Shown here: one piece after another, positions 1 through 8,351 of the stretch | How the letters are laid out: each line of letters opens with the position of its first letter | Numbering within the stretch: the first letter of the stretch is position 1 | Notes under the pieces: generated by a model | Seen by the model: the letters and a program-made list of their open reading frames with translations, nothing else | Databases searched by the model: none | Told to the model about the DNA's origin: nothing | Made by a program: the position numbers and the translations under genes | Origin: Actinomycetota bacterium | GTDB taxonomy: Bacteria; Actinomycetota; UBA4738; HRBIN12 | Assembly (NCBI GenBank): GCA_036556805.1 | Contig: DATBIS010000116.1 | Span: forward strand, 7,862 to 71,861 | Length of the DNA: 64,000 bases | Direction of reading: 5' to 3'

Positions 1-326
1 AGGCCGAACGCGAGCAGGGGCACGCTCCCCTCGAGCGCATGCACGTTCCGGCCGATCTGCGTGCCGACGACCGGAAACTGGGCGAGCGCCGAGTCGATGA
101 TCCGCCGCTGCAGGGCGGGGTCGTTTCGAATCGCAAAGCCCAAGACCGTCACGAGGACGAGGAGCAGTGGAAAGATCGAGAAGAAGCCGTAGTAGGCGAC
201 GAGGGCGGCGAGCGATCCGCCTCGATCTTCGGAGAACTTCTTCGCCACCGCGTACGGGAACGCTCGCCACGGTCGCGAACGCTGCCAGGCGTCCAACCGC
301 TCGGTCCACCGCCGCAGGTGCTTCAT
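1..326 (-). CDS. YihY/BrkB-family inner-membrane protein. Only the N-terminal part is in the window; the gene continues past position 1
   Basis: Reverse-strand translation from ATG at 326: MKHLRRWTERLDAWQRSRPWRAFPYAVAKKFSEDRGGSLAALVAYYGFFSIFPLLLVLVTVLGF... This matches the conserved YihY N-terminus (AYYxxFSxFPLLLVL). Not in the ORF track because there is no in-window stop. Confidence 0.6.
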   Translation of the reverse strand, partial: MKHLRRWTERLDAWQRSRPWRAFPYAVAKKFSEDRGGSLAALVAYYGFFSIFPLLLVLVTVLGFAIRNDPALQRRIIDSALAQFPVVGTQIGRNVHALEGSVPLLAFG

Positions 327-671
327 CGTCCCGGCGCCGCCGGCGCCGCGCCGGCGACCGGCCTCAGGCCGCCGGGTGGAGGGGGTGCTTCGGGCGCACC
401 CGGATCTGGTAATGGCGCGCCGGCTCGTGCTGCCAGCAGCGGGCGCCGTCGTTGTAGCGCGACAGCACCGTCTCGCATGCGTCCGCCTCGCACACCCTTC
501 CGGCGGAGAACGCCCGAATGGGGCTCACGGAGGCGGGCGGCGTCGTCGACCCCCTGAGGACGCCCAGTTCTTCGTCTTGGAGCTGCGGTGACATCGGGTC
601 TCTCCTCCACGATCGGTCGCGGAGCCTGTACCCGCCCCCGGGCGGCTCGAAACGAGCACACGGCTCGCGCC

Positions 672-3452
672 CTAGGGCTCGACGCGAACGACGAGGATCG
701 CGATGTCGTCGCGCGGATGCTCCGGTCCGAACGTCAAGACGGCCCGCAGCAGGTCGTCGGCGATCTCGTCGGCCGAACGACCCTTCGCCCCTCGAAGCGT
801 CGCGACCACGCGCTCCTCGCCGAACGCCTCGCCGGCTCGACGCTCCTCGGTGAGCCCGTCCGTGTAGAAGATCACCGCGTCGCCGGGCTCGAGGTCGGCG
901 AAGGCGTCGGTGAGGCTCGGATTCGGGAACGTGCCGAGCAGCGTCCCGAGCTTCCCGAGGCTCGAGACCGAGCCGTCGGCCCTGCTGAGCAGCGGGAGCG
1001 GATGGCCGCCGCACGCCACCGTGATGCGCTGGCCGGTCGGCGTCGGGTGGAGTCGCGCGAAGACCGCGGTGCAGAAGCGATCATCCTCGTGACGCAGCAG
1101 CGACTCGTTGAGCGTCTTGAGGATGCCCGACGGGCGGGTCTCCGACAGCGCGGCGGTCCGGATCGTGTACCTCGACAATGCCATCACGGCCGCGGCCGGC
1201 GCTCCCTTGCCGCACACGTCGCCGAGCGCGATGCCCCAGTCGTCGTTCGCCATCGAGAAGACGTCGTAGAAGTCCCCCCCGACCTGCGTGCCGTCGCCGG
1301 AGGGGCGGTACCGTGCGCTCAGTTCGACCCCCGGCACGTCGGGCAGCGACGGGGGGAGGAGGCTGCGCTGCAAGGTGTCCGCGACGATCGCGCGCTCGGC
1401 GTAGAGGCGGGCGTTCTCGAGCGCCTGAGCCGCCCTCGCGGCGAGCTGCTCGGCGAGCGAACGATCCGCGTCGTCGAAGGGCCTCGCGTCGTCGGATCGG
1501 CCCAGCACGAGCACGCCCGAGGCGCTTCCTCGGTTGGACAACGGCACGATGAGCGCGGATCGCAGGCCCATCCCCTCGAGCGCCCCCTGCCCCTGGCTGC
1601 CGGACACGAGGCTGCCGGCGAACGACGGCCCGATCGTCGGCACCATGATCGAACGGTTGCTCGCAAGCGCCTGCGCGACGAGGTTGCGTTCGTCGTCGAG
1701 GACCGGAGCCGCCTCGGCCACCTCGAGGAGGAGCTCGCGGAGGTGGGGGACGCGATGCGCGACGGCGGTCCGCACGCCTCCGCCCTCCGGCCTCACGCGC
1801 CACACGATCGCGACGTCGGCGAGCCCGGAGACCGCGACGTCCGCGAGTCGGCTTGCGATCTCGTCCACGTCGAGCGAGCCGGTGAGCTTCAGCCCCGCCT
1901 CGGTCAGCAAGCCGAGGCGCGTGATGGCGGCCTCCGCTCGGGCGCGGGCGAGCTCCGCTGCCTCGCGAGCCCTCCGCTCGAGCTCCAGGAGGCGTTCCCG
2001 CTCGCGTTCGGCCTCGTGACGCTCCGAGAGGTCGAGCACGAAGCCGATCGCGCGGAACGGCTCGACCTGCAGCAGGGCGAGGCCGAGCAGCACCGGAACG
2101 CGGCGCCCGTCCCTGCGGATGTACTCCTTCTCGAAGGGCTCGGCCCGCCCCGTCTCGAGAAGCTTGTGCATGGCGGCGTCGCTCAGATGGCGCTGATCCG
2201 GCGGCGTCATCGCTCGCCAGCGGAGGCGACCCGCCTCCAGGTCCTCGCGCGTGTAGCCGACGATCTCGAGGAAGGCGTCGTTCGCTTCGAGAATGTCGTC
2301 GTCGGGACCCTCGACCATCGCGCCGATCACGTTGGACTCGAGCAGCCGCCGCGCACGCGCGGAGGTCTCGTCCTCGGCGCGCTGCAGGCGGGCCCGGTCC
2401 AGCGCGATCGCGGCCTGTCGCGCGACCGCGACGACCAGCTCCAGGTCCTCCTCGTCGAAGTCCCTGATCTCTCGGAAGCGCAGGCCGATCGCGCCGACGA
2501 CCGACGTGCCCGACAGCATCGGCACCGCCACGAAGGCCTCGTTGCGGGCCGTGGCGTCCGGGCCCATCGCGTAGCGTTCCCTGAGGGCCGCGTCGGACGG
2601 CCCCCAGATCGGCACGGCCGATCGCACGGCTTCGGCCATCGGGCGCTCGATCGGCGGCGGCTCATGCGCGAGGTCGAGACGACCCTCACGCGCGACGATC
2701 CGCAGGTCGCCCTCCTCGGTCAGCGCCACCGCGCCCCCCGCGGCGCCGGTGGAATCGATGGCCGCCGTCAAGAGCGCGTGGTGGACCTCGTCCTCGGTAC
2801 GCACGAGGCTGAGCCGTTCCGCGACCTGCTGCAGCGCGCGGGTCCGGGCGAGCGCCCGCTCGGCGCGGATGCGCTGCTCGTGCTCGCGATCGAAGAGCGC
2901 CGCGCGCTCGAGGCCGACGGCCAGGCGTTCTGCGACCACCTCGAGCAGGCGGAGATCGGTCTCGCCGAACGTATCCGGCTCCGTCGCGCCGACGACGACG
3001 ACGCCGACGACCGCCTTCCCGCTCACGAGCGGGGCCAGCGCGAGCGAGCGCATCCGCTGATCGAAGCCGTCCGATCTATCCCTGCCCCTCGTCTCGCCGA
3101 CGAGCTCCGAGCGTCCTCGTTCGGCCACACGCCCGGCGACACCGAGGCCGACCGGGATCCTGCGGTCGGCGCCGGTCGTCTCGATCCCGCTCGAGGCCCG
3201 GGGGACGAGCTCGTGGGTGGACTCGTCGACGAGCATCACGGCCCCCCAGGGGGCCCCCATCACCGTCCGCGTGCGATCGAGGATCTCTTGGAGCATCTCG
3301 TCCCGCGGGAGGAGCGTGAGGCCGACCTCGGTGACCTGCGCGAGCCGTCGGGAGAGGTCCTCGGCGCGCGAGTCGCGGCCGATCACCGTCGTATCCCCGG
3401 TGGACGGAGGACGATCAGGCGATCGGGACGGGGATTCGAACGGATCGTGCAT
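672..3452 (-). CDS. Multi-sensor PP2C/SpoIIE-type serine phosphatase (GAF-GAF-PAS-GAF-PP2C), RsbU/RsbP-like partner-switching phosphatase
   Basis: 926-aa ORF with repeated GAF-like blocks and a PAS-like segment (EANDAFLEIVGYTREDL). The C-terminal PP2C has hallmark motifs (GGDFYDVF, GDVCGKGAPAAAVMA, FYTDGLTE). The antisense ORF 588..3740 is low-complexity and was rejected. Confidence 0.9.
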   Translation of the reverse strand: MHDPFESPSRSPDRPPSTGDTTVIGRDSRAEDLSRRLAQVTEVGLTLLPRDEMLQEILDRTRTVMGAPWGAVMLVDESTHELVPRASSGIETTGADRRIPVGLGVAGRVAERGRSELVGETRGRDRSDGFDQRMRSLALAPLVSGKAVVGVVVVGATEPDTFGETDLRLLEVVAERLAVGLERAALFDREHEQRIRAERALARTRALQQVAERLSLVRTEDEVHHALLTAAIDSTGAAGGAVALTEEGDLRIVAREGRLDLAHEPPPIERPMAEAVRSAVPIWGPSDAALRERYAMGPDATARNEAFVAVPMLSGTSVVGAIGLRFREIRDFDEEDLELVVAVARQAAIALDRARLQRAEDETSARARRLLESNVIGAMVEGPDDDILEANDAFLEIVGYTREDLEAGRLRWRAMTPPDQRHLSDAAMHKLLETGRAEPFEKEYIRRDGRRVPVLLGLALLQVEPFRAIGFVLDLSERHEAERERERLLELERRAREAAELARARAEAAITRLGLLTEAGLKLTGSLDVDEIASRLADVAVSGLADVAIVWRVRPEGGGVRTAVAHRVPHLRELLLEVAEAAPVLDDERNLVAQALASNRSIMVPTIGPSFAGSLVSGSQGQGALEGMGLRSALIVPLSNRGSASGVLVLGRSDDARPFDDADRSLAEQLAARAAQALENARLYAERAIVADTLQRSLLPPSLPDVPGVELSARYRPSGDGTQVGGDFYDVFSMANDDWGIALGDVCGKGAPAAAVMALSRYTIRTAALSETRPSGILKTLNESLLRHEDDRFCTAVFARLHPTPTGQRITVACGGHPLPLLSRADGSVSSLGKLGTLLGTFPNPSLTDAFADLEPGDAVIFYTDGLTEERRAGEAFGEERVVATLRGAKGRSADEIADDLLRAVLTFGPEHPRDDIAILVVRVEP

Positions 3453-3786
3453 CCGTCTCGATCATGGGGAAGAGCGACACCAGGAGCTGTTGGCGATACC
3501 GGCGAGCGAACGCCTCCATCTCGTCGGTGGTCGGGCCGTCGGAGGCCGGGTCGGGGATCCCCTCGAACTCGACCGTGGCCTTGCCCTCGCCATCGGGAAC
3601 GCGAACGGAGACCACCGGAGAGTTGGGCGACCCGACCGCGGCCGCGAAGAGCTCCGAGACGGCGAGCTTCACGTCCTCGACCGTCGCGGCGTCCGCCCCG
3701 AGGATCCGCAAGGTGGAGGCGACGAACCGCCTGGCGGTAAGCGCGAACGCGCCGTCTGCCGGCGTCGTGAGTCGAGCCTCGATCAT
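3415..3786 (-). CDS. Anti-sigma-factor-like protein, UsfX/RsbW paralog with a degenerate HATPase fold
   Basis: 123 aa. The N-terminal region (VEDVKLAVSELFAAAV) resembles the RsbW/UsfX regulatory helix. No N/G1/G2 ATP-binding boxes. Sits between the STAS gene and the PP2C gene on the same strand. Confidence 0.6.
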   Translation of the reverse strand: MIEARLTTPADGAFALTARRFVASTLRILGADAATVEDVKLAVSELFAAAVGSPNSPVVSVRVPDGEGKATVEFEGIPDPASDGPTTDEMEAFARRYRQQLLVSLFPMIETDARSVRIPVPIA

Positions 3787-3798
3787 CGAGGCGCCGGA

Positions 3799-4086
3799 TC
3801 AGCCCTCGCCCGCCGCGTCGAGCGAGGTGAAGGTCGGGAGAAATCCGTCGAGCCCGGTCAGTGCGAGGAGCTTGTGGAGCGACGACGACTCTCCCGCCAC
3901 GACCGCGAACGTTCCGTCGTGCTCACGGAGCCGCTTGAGGCACGCCACCAGCACGCCGAGGCCGCTCGAGTCGATGAAGGCAACGCGATCCAGGTCGACG
4001 ACCACCTCGCGAGCGCCCGTGTCGGTCACCTCGACGACCGCCTCGCGGAGCCGCGGGGCCGTATAGAGATCGAGCTCCCCCGCCAC
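3799..4086 (-). CDS. STAS-domain anti-sigma-factor antagonist (SpoIIAA/RsbV/RsfA-like)
   Basis: 95 aa with an FIDSSGLGVLV motif and a conserved Ser phospho-acceptor context. GTG start at 4086, with an in-frame stop 13 codons upstream, so it is a short STAS. Confidence 0.8.
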   Translation of the reverse strand: MAGELDLYTAPRLREAVVEVTDTGAREVVVDLDRVAFIDSSGLGVLVACLKRLREHDGTFAVVAGESSSLHKLLALTGLDGFLPTFTSLDAAGEG

Positions 4087-4226
4087 TTGGAGGATCGTGC
4101 GCGCGCCTTCGGAACGGGTCTCGATCGTCAGATCGATCTCGAACGCCTCCTTCGTGCGGCAAGTGGCCGGCGAGCGAACACCCGGCTGGGGACGTCGGAT
4201 GGCCGCAGCTAGTATAGGTCGATCCC

Positions 4227-4613
4227 GTGACCGACCCCGGCCCCGTCTTCGGCAGCGTGCCCGCGAGCAGCGAGTTCGTCCCCGTCCTGCGCGGGCTCGT
4301 CGCGAGCGTCGGCGCGCGGGCCGACCTGCCGTTCGAACACATCGACGAGCTTCGGATGGCGGTCGACGAGGCCTGCGCCCTGCTGCTTCGCCTGGCGCCG
4401 GGCGACATCCTCTGGCTTCGACTGCTGCCCGCCAACGGGTCGCTCACCGCGGAGGTCGGCAGCAGTGGCGCGGCCGCTGCGTGGCCCCCCGCCGACGTCG
4501 AAGGATCCTGGCCGTGGAAGGTGATCGCCGGTCTCGCCGATGAGGCTCGCTTCGACGTCAACGATCGGGGGCCGTCGATCGTGATCGTCAAGCGCGTTCC
4601 CTCTCTGCGGTGA
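4227..4613 (+). CDS. rsbW: Anti-sigma-F factor UsfX/RsbW-like
   Basis: 128 aa. Motifs DELRMAVDEACALLLR and SWPWKVIAGLADEA parallel mycobacterial UsfX (DLRLAVDEVCTRLIR..SWHVLTALADDV). ATGA overlap with the downstream sigma-factor gene. Confidence 0.8.
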   Translation: MTDPGPVFGSVPASSEFVPVLRGLVASVGARADLPFEHIDELRMAVDEACALLLRLAPGDILWLRLLPANGSLTAEVGSSGAAAAWPPADVEGSWPWKVIAGLADEARFDVNDRGPSIVIVKRVPSLR

Positions 4614-5386
4614 ACGAGGAAGCGACGGCTGAGGGGCGGGGATCCGCGGGCGACCCCGAAGAGGTGCTCGAGCTGTTTGCGCGGCTCCCCAATGGTGATG
4701 CCCGCGAGGCGCTCGTCGTTCGGTTCCTTCCGCTCGCCGAGTACTTCGCTCGGAGGTTCACCGGGCGCGGGGAGTCGATCGAGGATCTCCAGCAGGTCGC
4801 GAGTCTCGGACTGCTGCACGCGATCGACCGCTTCGACACCGAGCGCGGCGTGCAGTTCTCGACGTACGCGGCGGCCACGATCGTGGGCGAGATCAAGCGA
4901 CACTTCCGTGACAAAGGCTGGGCCATCCGCGTCCCGCGGAACCTCCAGGAGTCGGCGCTTCGCGTCAACCGGCTGCTGTCGCAGCTCTGGCAGGAGCTGG
5001 GACGATCGCCGACGGTGGCCGAGATCGCCGAGCGCGCGGACCTCGCCGAGGAGGAAGTGCTCGAAGCGATCGATGCGGTGCAGGCCTATTCGACGGGATC
5101 GCTCGACGCGCCGACAACAGAGGGGTCACCGACGCCCGCCGAGACGCTCGGGGAGGAGGATCCGCTCTTCGAGCTCGCTGAGGGGTGGTCTTCGGTCGCG
5201 CCCACCATCCGGGCGCTCCCTGCGCGCGAGCGCCAGATCCTGTACCTGCGATTCTTCGAGGGACTGACGCAATCCGAGATCGCGCAACGAATCGGGATCT
5301 CCCAGATGCATGTGTCGCGCCTGCTCGGTCAGACGCTCGAGCTGCTTCGACGTCAGGTCGACCCCGACCGCGTCGAGGGGGAGTAG
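4610..5386 (+). CDS. sigF: RNA polymerase sigma factor, SigB/SigF (group 3) family
   Basis: 258 aa with sigma-70 regions 2, 3 and 4 (YLPLAEYFARRF, DLQQVASLGLLHAIDRFD, LTQSEIAQRIGISQMHVSRL). Translationally coupled to the anti-sigma gene, the classic usfX-sigF arrangement. Confidence 0.9.
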   Translation: MNEEATAEGRGSAGDPEEVLELFARLPNGDAREALVVRFLPLAEYFARRFTGRGESIEDLQQVASLGLLHAIDRFDTERGVQFSTYAAATIVGEIKRHFRDKGWAIRVPRNLQESALRVNRLLSQLWQELGRSPTVAEIAERADLAEEEVLEAIDAVQAYSTGSLDAPTTEGSPTPAETLGEEDPLFELAEGWSSVAPTIRALPARERQILYLRFFEGLTQSEIAQRIGISQMHVSRLLGQTLELLRRQVDPDRVEGE

Positions 5387-5425
5387 CGGGCGCGGGGGAC
5401 GTCCCGCCACTCCCCGTGCGCGGGG

Positions 5426-5602
5426 TCACTTGCCCCAGATGCTGATCCCCCCGGGGCCGACGAGCACACCGATGATCACGAGGACGATGCCCGTCAGGAG
5501 TTCGCCCCGAATGAACGCCACGATGCCGGCGATCACCAGGATGGCGGCGAGAATCCAGAGCAGGGTCGCCGCTCCACCCGAAAGCGCAAGCAGTGCAAGC
5601 AT
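5426..5602 (-). CDS. Small membrane protein (58 aa, 2 TM, GPGG motif)
   Basis: Internal ATG of ORF 5426..5707, preceded by a strong RBS GAAGGAGG 7 nt upstream. Product MLALLALSGGAATLLWILAAILVIAGIVAFIRGELLTGIVLVIIGVLVGPGGISIWGK. A candidate SigF/SigB-type promoter lies upstream. Confidence 0.45.
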   Translation of the reverse strand: MLALLALSGGAATLLWILAAILVIAGIVAFIRGELLTGIVLVIIGVLVGPGGISIWGK

Positions 5603-5643
5603 GGTTCCTCCTTCGTCCGAAACGTCTCTCGTTCGCATGGTGT

Positions 5644-5669
5644 GTTCCCTCTCGCTCGCGCATTGAAAC
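5644..5669 (-). promoter_or_regulatory. Candidate SigB/SigF-type promoter (GTTTC-N15-GGGAAC) for the small membrane-protein gene 5426..5602
   Basis: On the minus strand, GTTTC (5669-5665) and GGGAAC (5649-5644). The -10-like element lies about 41 nt upstream of the start codon. Group-3 sigma consensus is GTTT-N14-17-GGGTAT. Confidence 0.3.
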
Positions 5670-5709
5670 GAACGTTTCGACGTCGTGACGACGAGGTAAC
5701 TCCTCATGC

Positions 5710-6210
5710 ATGAACGTGCAGGAACGCCGCGACGAGCGGTCGGACGGCGGCGTATCGAAAGGGGAAACGCAGAAGCAGCGCGTGGATCGGGAGCTGATCG
5801 AGCTCCTCAACGAGCTTCGCGTCACGTTGCCCGGGGTCCAGGTGCTCTTCGCGTTCCTGTTGATCGTGCCGTTCAGCGCAGGATTCGCTCAGCTGTCCTC
5901 CGGCCAGCGGGCCTGGTACTTCACGAGCTTCCTCGCGACGGCGGCCGCTGCCGTGCTCCTCGTCGCGCCGGCGAGCCACCATCGGGTTCGTTTCCGCGAG
6001 GGGGACAAGGACTGGATGGTCCGCACCGCAAACCGTCTGGCGATCGCGGGCATGGCCCTGCTCGCCGTAGCGATCGCGAGTGCCGCGTTCCTCGTCACGG
6101 ACGTGCTCTTCACCGTCTCGTGGGCGGCGGCGGTTGCCGCGGCGCTCGGCGGGGGGATGGTCTGGTTCTGGTTCGGCGTCCCGCTCCTGCATCGAGAAGA
6201 GCGAAGGTGA
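5710..6210 (+). CDS. Conserved actinobacterial membrane protein (DUF6328-like)
   Basis: 166 aa with an N-terminal charged region (ELIELLNELRVTLPGVQVLFAFLLIVPF) followed by hydrophobic helices. The long antisense ORF 5704..7881 was rejected. Confidence 0.6.
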   Translation: MNVQERRDERSDGGVSKGETQKQRVDRELIELLNELRVTLPGVQVLFAFLLIVPFSAGFAQLSSGQRAWYFTSFLATAAAAVLLVAPASHHRVRFREGDKDWMVRTANRLAIAGMALLAVAIASAAFLVTDVLFTVSWAAAVAAALGGGMVWFWFGVPLLHREERR

Positions 6211-6355
6211 CGTCCCGGGAGAGCCGGCCGTCGGCGCGACGTTCGTCAGCCCGGCGGGTCCTATTGGGCGCTGGGGCAGGTACGCGGTCGAGTTCATGTC
6301 CGCGGTGGTGAGAAAGGCACCGGGTCTTCCGATCTCGAGGAAGGGTGGCCGTCCG

Positions 6356-6778
6356 GTGCGCGGCATTCGGGCGGCGTTCCTCGCTGTTGCTCTTGCCCTC
6401 ATGGGATCAGCCTGCGGCGGGGGCGGCGTGCTGGAGGCCAAGGATCTGCTGGAACAATCGAAATCATTGCAATCGTTGGCCGCCGAGGGCGCGCTCCTCG
6501 CTGAGGACGGGGCGTCCGGCAAGACGACGCGCGTCTTCATGCAGGAACACTCCTCCGACCTCTTCCTGGCCGCATCCCAAGTGGAGGCCACGTTGGCGCA
6601 GGCCAAGAGCGAGCAACCGATCGTGGTGCAGCTCCGCAAGCTGACCGTCCTCGCCGGTCGAGTAAGCGCCAACCTCGAACTCCTCACCGTTGCCTCGCGA
6701 GAGGAGCAACGCGTGCTCGTTGGCGAGCTGGAATCGGCTGCCCGAGCGTGCCGAACGATCGGTGAAGCGCTCTCATGA
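6356..6778 (+). CDS. Putative secreted protein or lipoprotein
   Basis: GTG start gives VRGIRAAFLAVALALMGSAC-GGGG, a signal peptide with Cys after the h-region. An in-frame upstream ATG exists at 6296. Coiled-coil-like mature domain. 4-nt overlap with the NRAMP start. Confidence 0.5.
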   Translation: MRGIRAAFLAVALALMGSACGGGGVLEAKDLLEQSKSLQSLAAEGALLAEDGASGKTTRVFMQEHSSDLFLAASQVEATLAQAKSEQPIVVQLRKLTVLAGRVSANLELLTVASREEQRVLVGELESAARACRTIGEALS

Positions 6779-8010
6779 GCGTGAAGAACGTCCTCGCCGT
6801 GGCGCTGGGAATCCTCTCCGCGATCGGTGGCTTCGTGGACATCGGCGATCTCGTCTTCAACACGCAGGCCGGCGCGACCTTCGGCTTCCAACTCCTCTGG
6901 GTCGTCGTGATCGGAGTCCTCGGGATCATCGTCTATTCGGAGATGTGCGGGCGCGTCTCGGCCATCGCGCAGCGCCCGGTCTTCGACCTCGTGCGGGAGC
7001 GCACCGGTTTCGGGGCGGGACTCGCGACCCTCATTGCCTCCGAGATCGTCAACCTGATGACGTGCGCCGCGGAGATCGGTGGAGTCGCCATCTGCCTTCA
7101 ACTTCTCTCCGGCCTCCCGTACCGTCTCTTGATCCCGATCGGCGTGGTGGGTCTGGTCCTGTGCTGTTGGGTGCTGCCGTTCAGATGGATCGAGAGAGTC
7201 TTCAGCTATCTCGGCCTGTGCCTGCTCGTCTTTGCCGTGGCCGCGATCAAGCTGCGCCCGGATTGGGGCCAGGTTGCTCATGGGTTCGTTCCCGGCGCCC
7301 ACGACGGCGGCAGTCTGACGGTCTACCTCTACTTCGTGGTCGGCCTGATCGGAGCCGCGATGACTCCCTACGAGGTCTACTTCTATTCCTCGGGTGCCGT
7401 GGAGGACCGCTGGGGCCCAAAGGATCTCGGGTTGAACAGGGTGACCGCGATGATCGGCTACGGTTTGGGAGGCCTTCTCTCCTTCGCGCTGATGATCGTC
7501 GCGGCCGTCCTCTTCTTGCCGAGCGGCATCTCCCCGCAGTTCCTGGGCACACCCCCACTCGCCGCCGGACATGTGGTGGGGCAGGTGGGCCTGCTGTTGG
7601 CGCTCATCGGCATCCTCTTCGCCGTGGGCGGCGCGGCCATCGAGACCTCCTTCGCCGGCGCCTACAACGTGGCCCAGTTCTTCGGGTGGAAGTGGGGAAA
7701 GAAGGAGCGCCCGGCCGGCGCGCCGCGCTTCACGCTCTCGTGGCTCGTCATCTTTGCTCTTGCGCTCTTGGTCGTCATGACGGGATTGGACCCGATCAAG
7801 CTCACGGAGTACTCGGTCATCTTCTCGGTGGTCGCGTTGCCCCTCACCTACCTGCCGATCCTGGTCGTTGCCAACGACCACACCTATATGGGAGCCAACG
7901 TGAACGGAAGGCTGGCCAACGTCCTCGGCACCCTCTACTTCATCGTCATCCTCTTGATCGCCGTCGCGGCCATCCCACTGATGGTGCTGACGAACGGAGG
8001 ACAGGGATGA
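6775..8010 (+). CDS. mntH: NRAMP-family divalent metal (Mn2+/Fe2+) transporter
   Basis: 411 aa, about 11 TM. Conserved NRAMP motifs (DIGDLVFNTQAGA, MTPYEVYFYSSGAVED). Confidence 0.9.
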   Translation: MSVKNVLAVALGILSAIGGFVDIGDLVFNTQAGATFGFQLLWVVVIGVLGIIVYSEMCGRVSAIAQRPVFDLVRERTGFGAGLATLIASEIVNLMTCAAEIGGVAICLQLLSGLPYRLLIPIGVVGLVLCCWVLPFRWIERVFSYLGLCLLVFAVAAIKLRPDWGQVAHGFVPGAHDGGSLTVYLYFVVGLIGAAMTPYEVYFYSSGAVEDRWGPKDLGLNRVTAMIGYGLGGLLSFALMIVAAVLFLPSGISPQFLGTPPLAAGHVVGQVGLLLALIGILFAVGGAAIETSFAGAYNVAQFFGWKWGKKERPAGAPRFTLSWLVIFALALLVVMTGLDPIKLTEYSVIFSVVALPLTYLPILVVANDHTYMGANVNGRLANVLGTLYFIVILLIAVAAIPLMVLTNGGQG

Positions 8011-8351
8011 GCAAGACCGTCGAAATCGACATCGCCCTCGGCATCCTCGATCATCAGCTCGTCGACAGCGATGGCCAGAACTGCGGCAAGGTGGACGATC
8101 TCGAGATCACTGACCTCGATGGCGACTCGCCGGAAATCGTTGAGATCCTCGTGGGAGGTACCGCGTGGCGCGCTCGCGGTCGCCTCGGACGGATTGCGGC
8201 ACGCGTTTCCGGAGATGCCGTACATGTTCCCTGGACCGAGGTCGAGTCCGTGACGTCGGTCGTGAACATCCGGCGCCCTGCGGGCGAGTTGCGCCTGAAC
8301 CGAGGCGACGCTCGATGGGCGCGGGTCTTCGAGAAGGTGCCGGGGTCCTGA
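8007..8351 (+). CDS. PRC-barrel domain protein
   Basis: 114 aa from an ATG overlapping the mntH stop (ATGA). The sequence IDIALGILDHQLVDSDGQNCGKVDDLEI is typical of PRC-barrel proteins. Confidence 0.6.
   Translation: MSKTVEIDIALGILDHQLVDSDGQNCGKVDDLEITDLDGDSPEIVEILVGGTAWRARGRLGRIAARVSGDAVHVPWTEVESVTSVVNIRRPAGELRLNRGDARWARVFEKVPGS

Noticed and set aside
588-3740. 1050-aa plus-strand ORF
   Set aside because: Exactly antisense to the GAF/PAS/PP2C phosphatase gene. Its translation is low-complexity (Arg/Gly/Asp-rich) with no domain features. A typical high-GC antisense artefact.
4140-4153. GAAGGAGG-like sequence about 60 nt upstream of the STAS start, suggesting a longer N-terminus
   Set aside because: An in-frame stop lies 13 codons upstream of the GTG at 4086, so the STAS ORF cannot extend. 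The RBS-like sequence does not precede a plausible ORF in the STAS frame.
5704-7881. 725-aa minus-strand ORF
   Set aside because: Antisense to the DUF6328-like, lipoprotein and NRAMP genes. Extremely Arg/Asp/Glu-rich junk translation.
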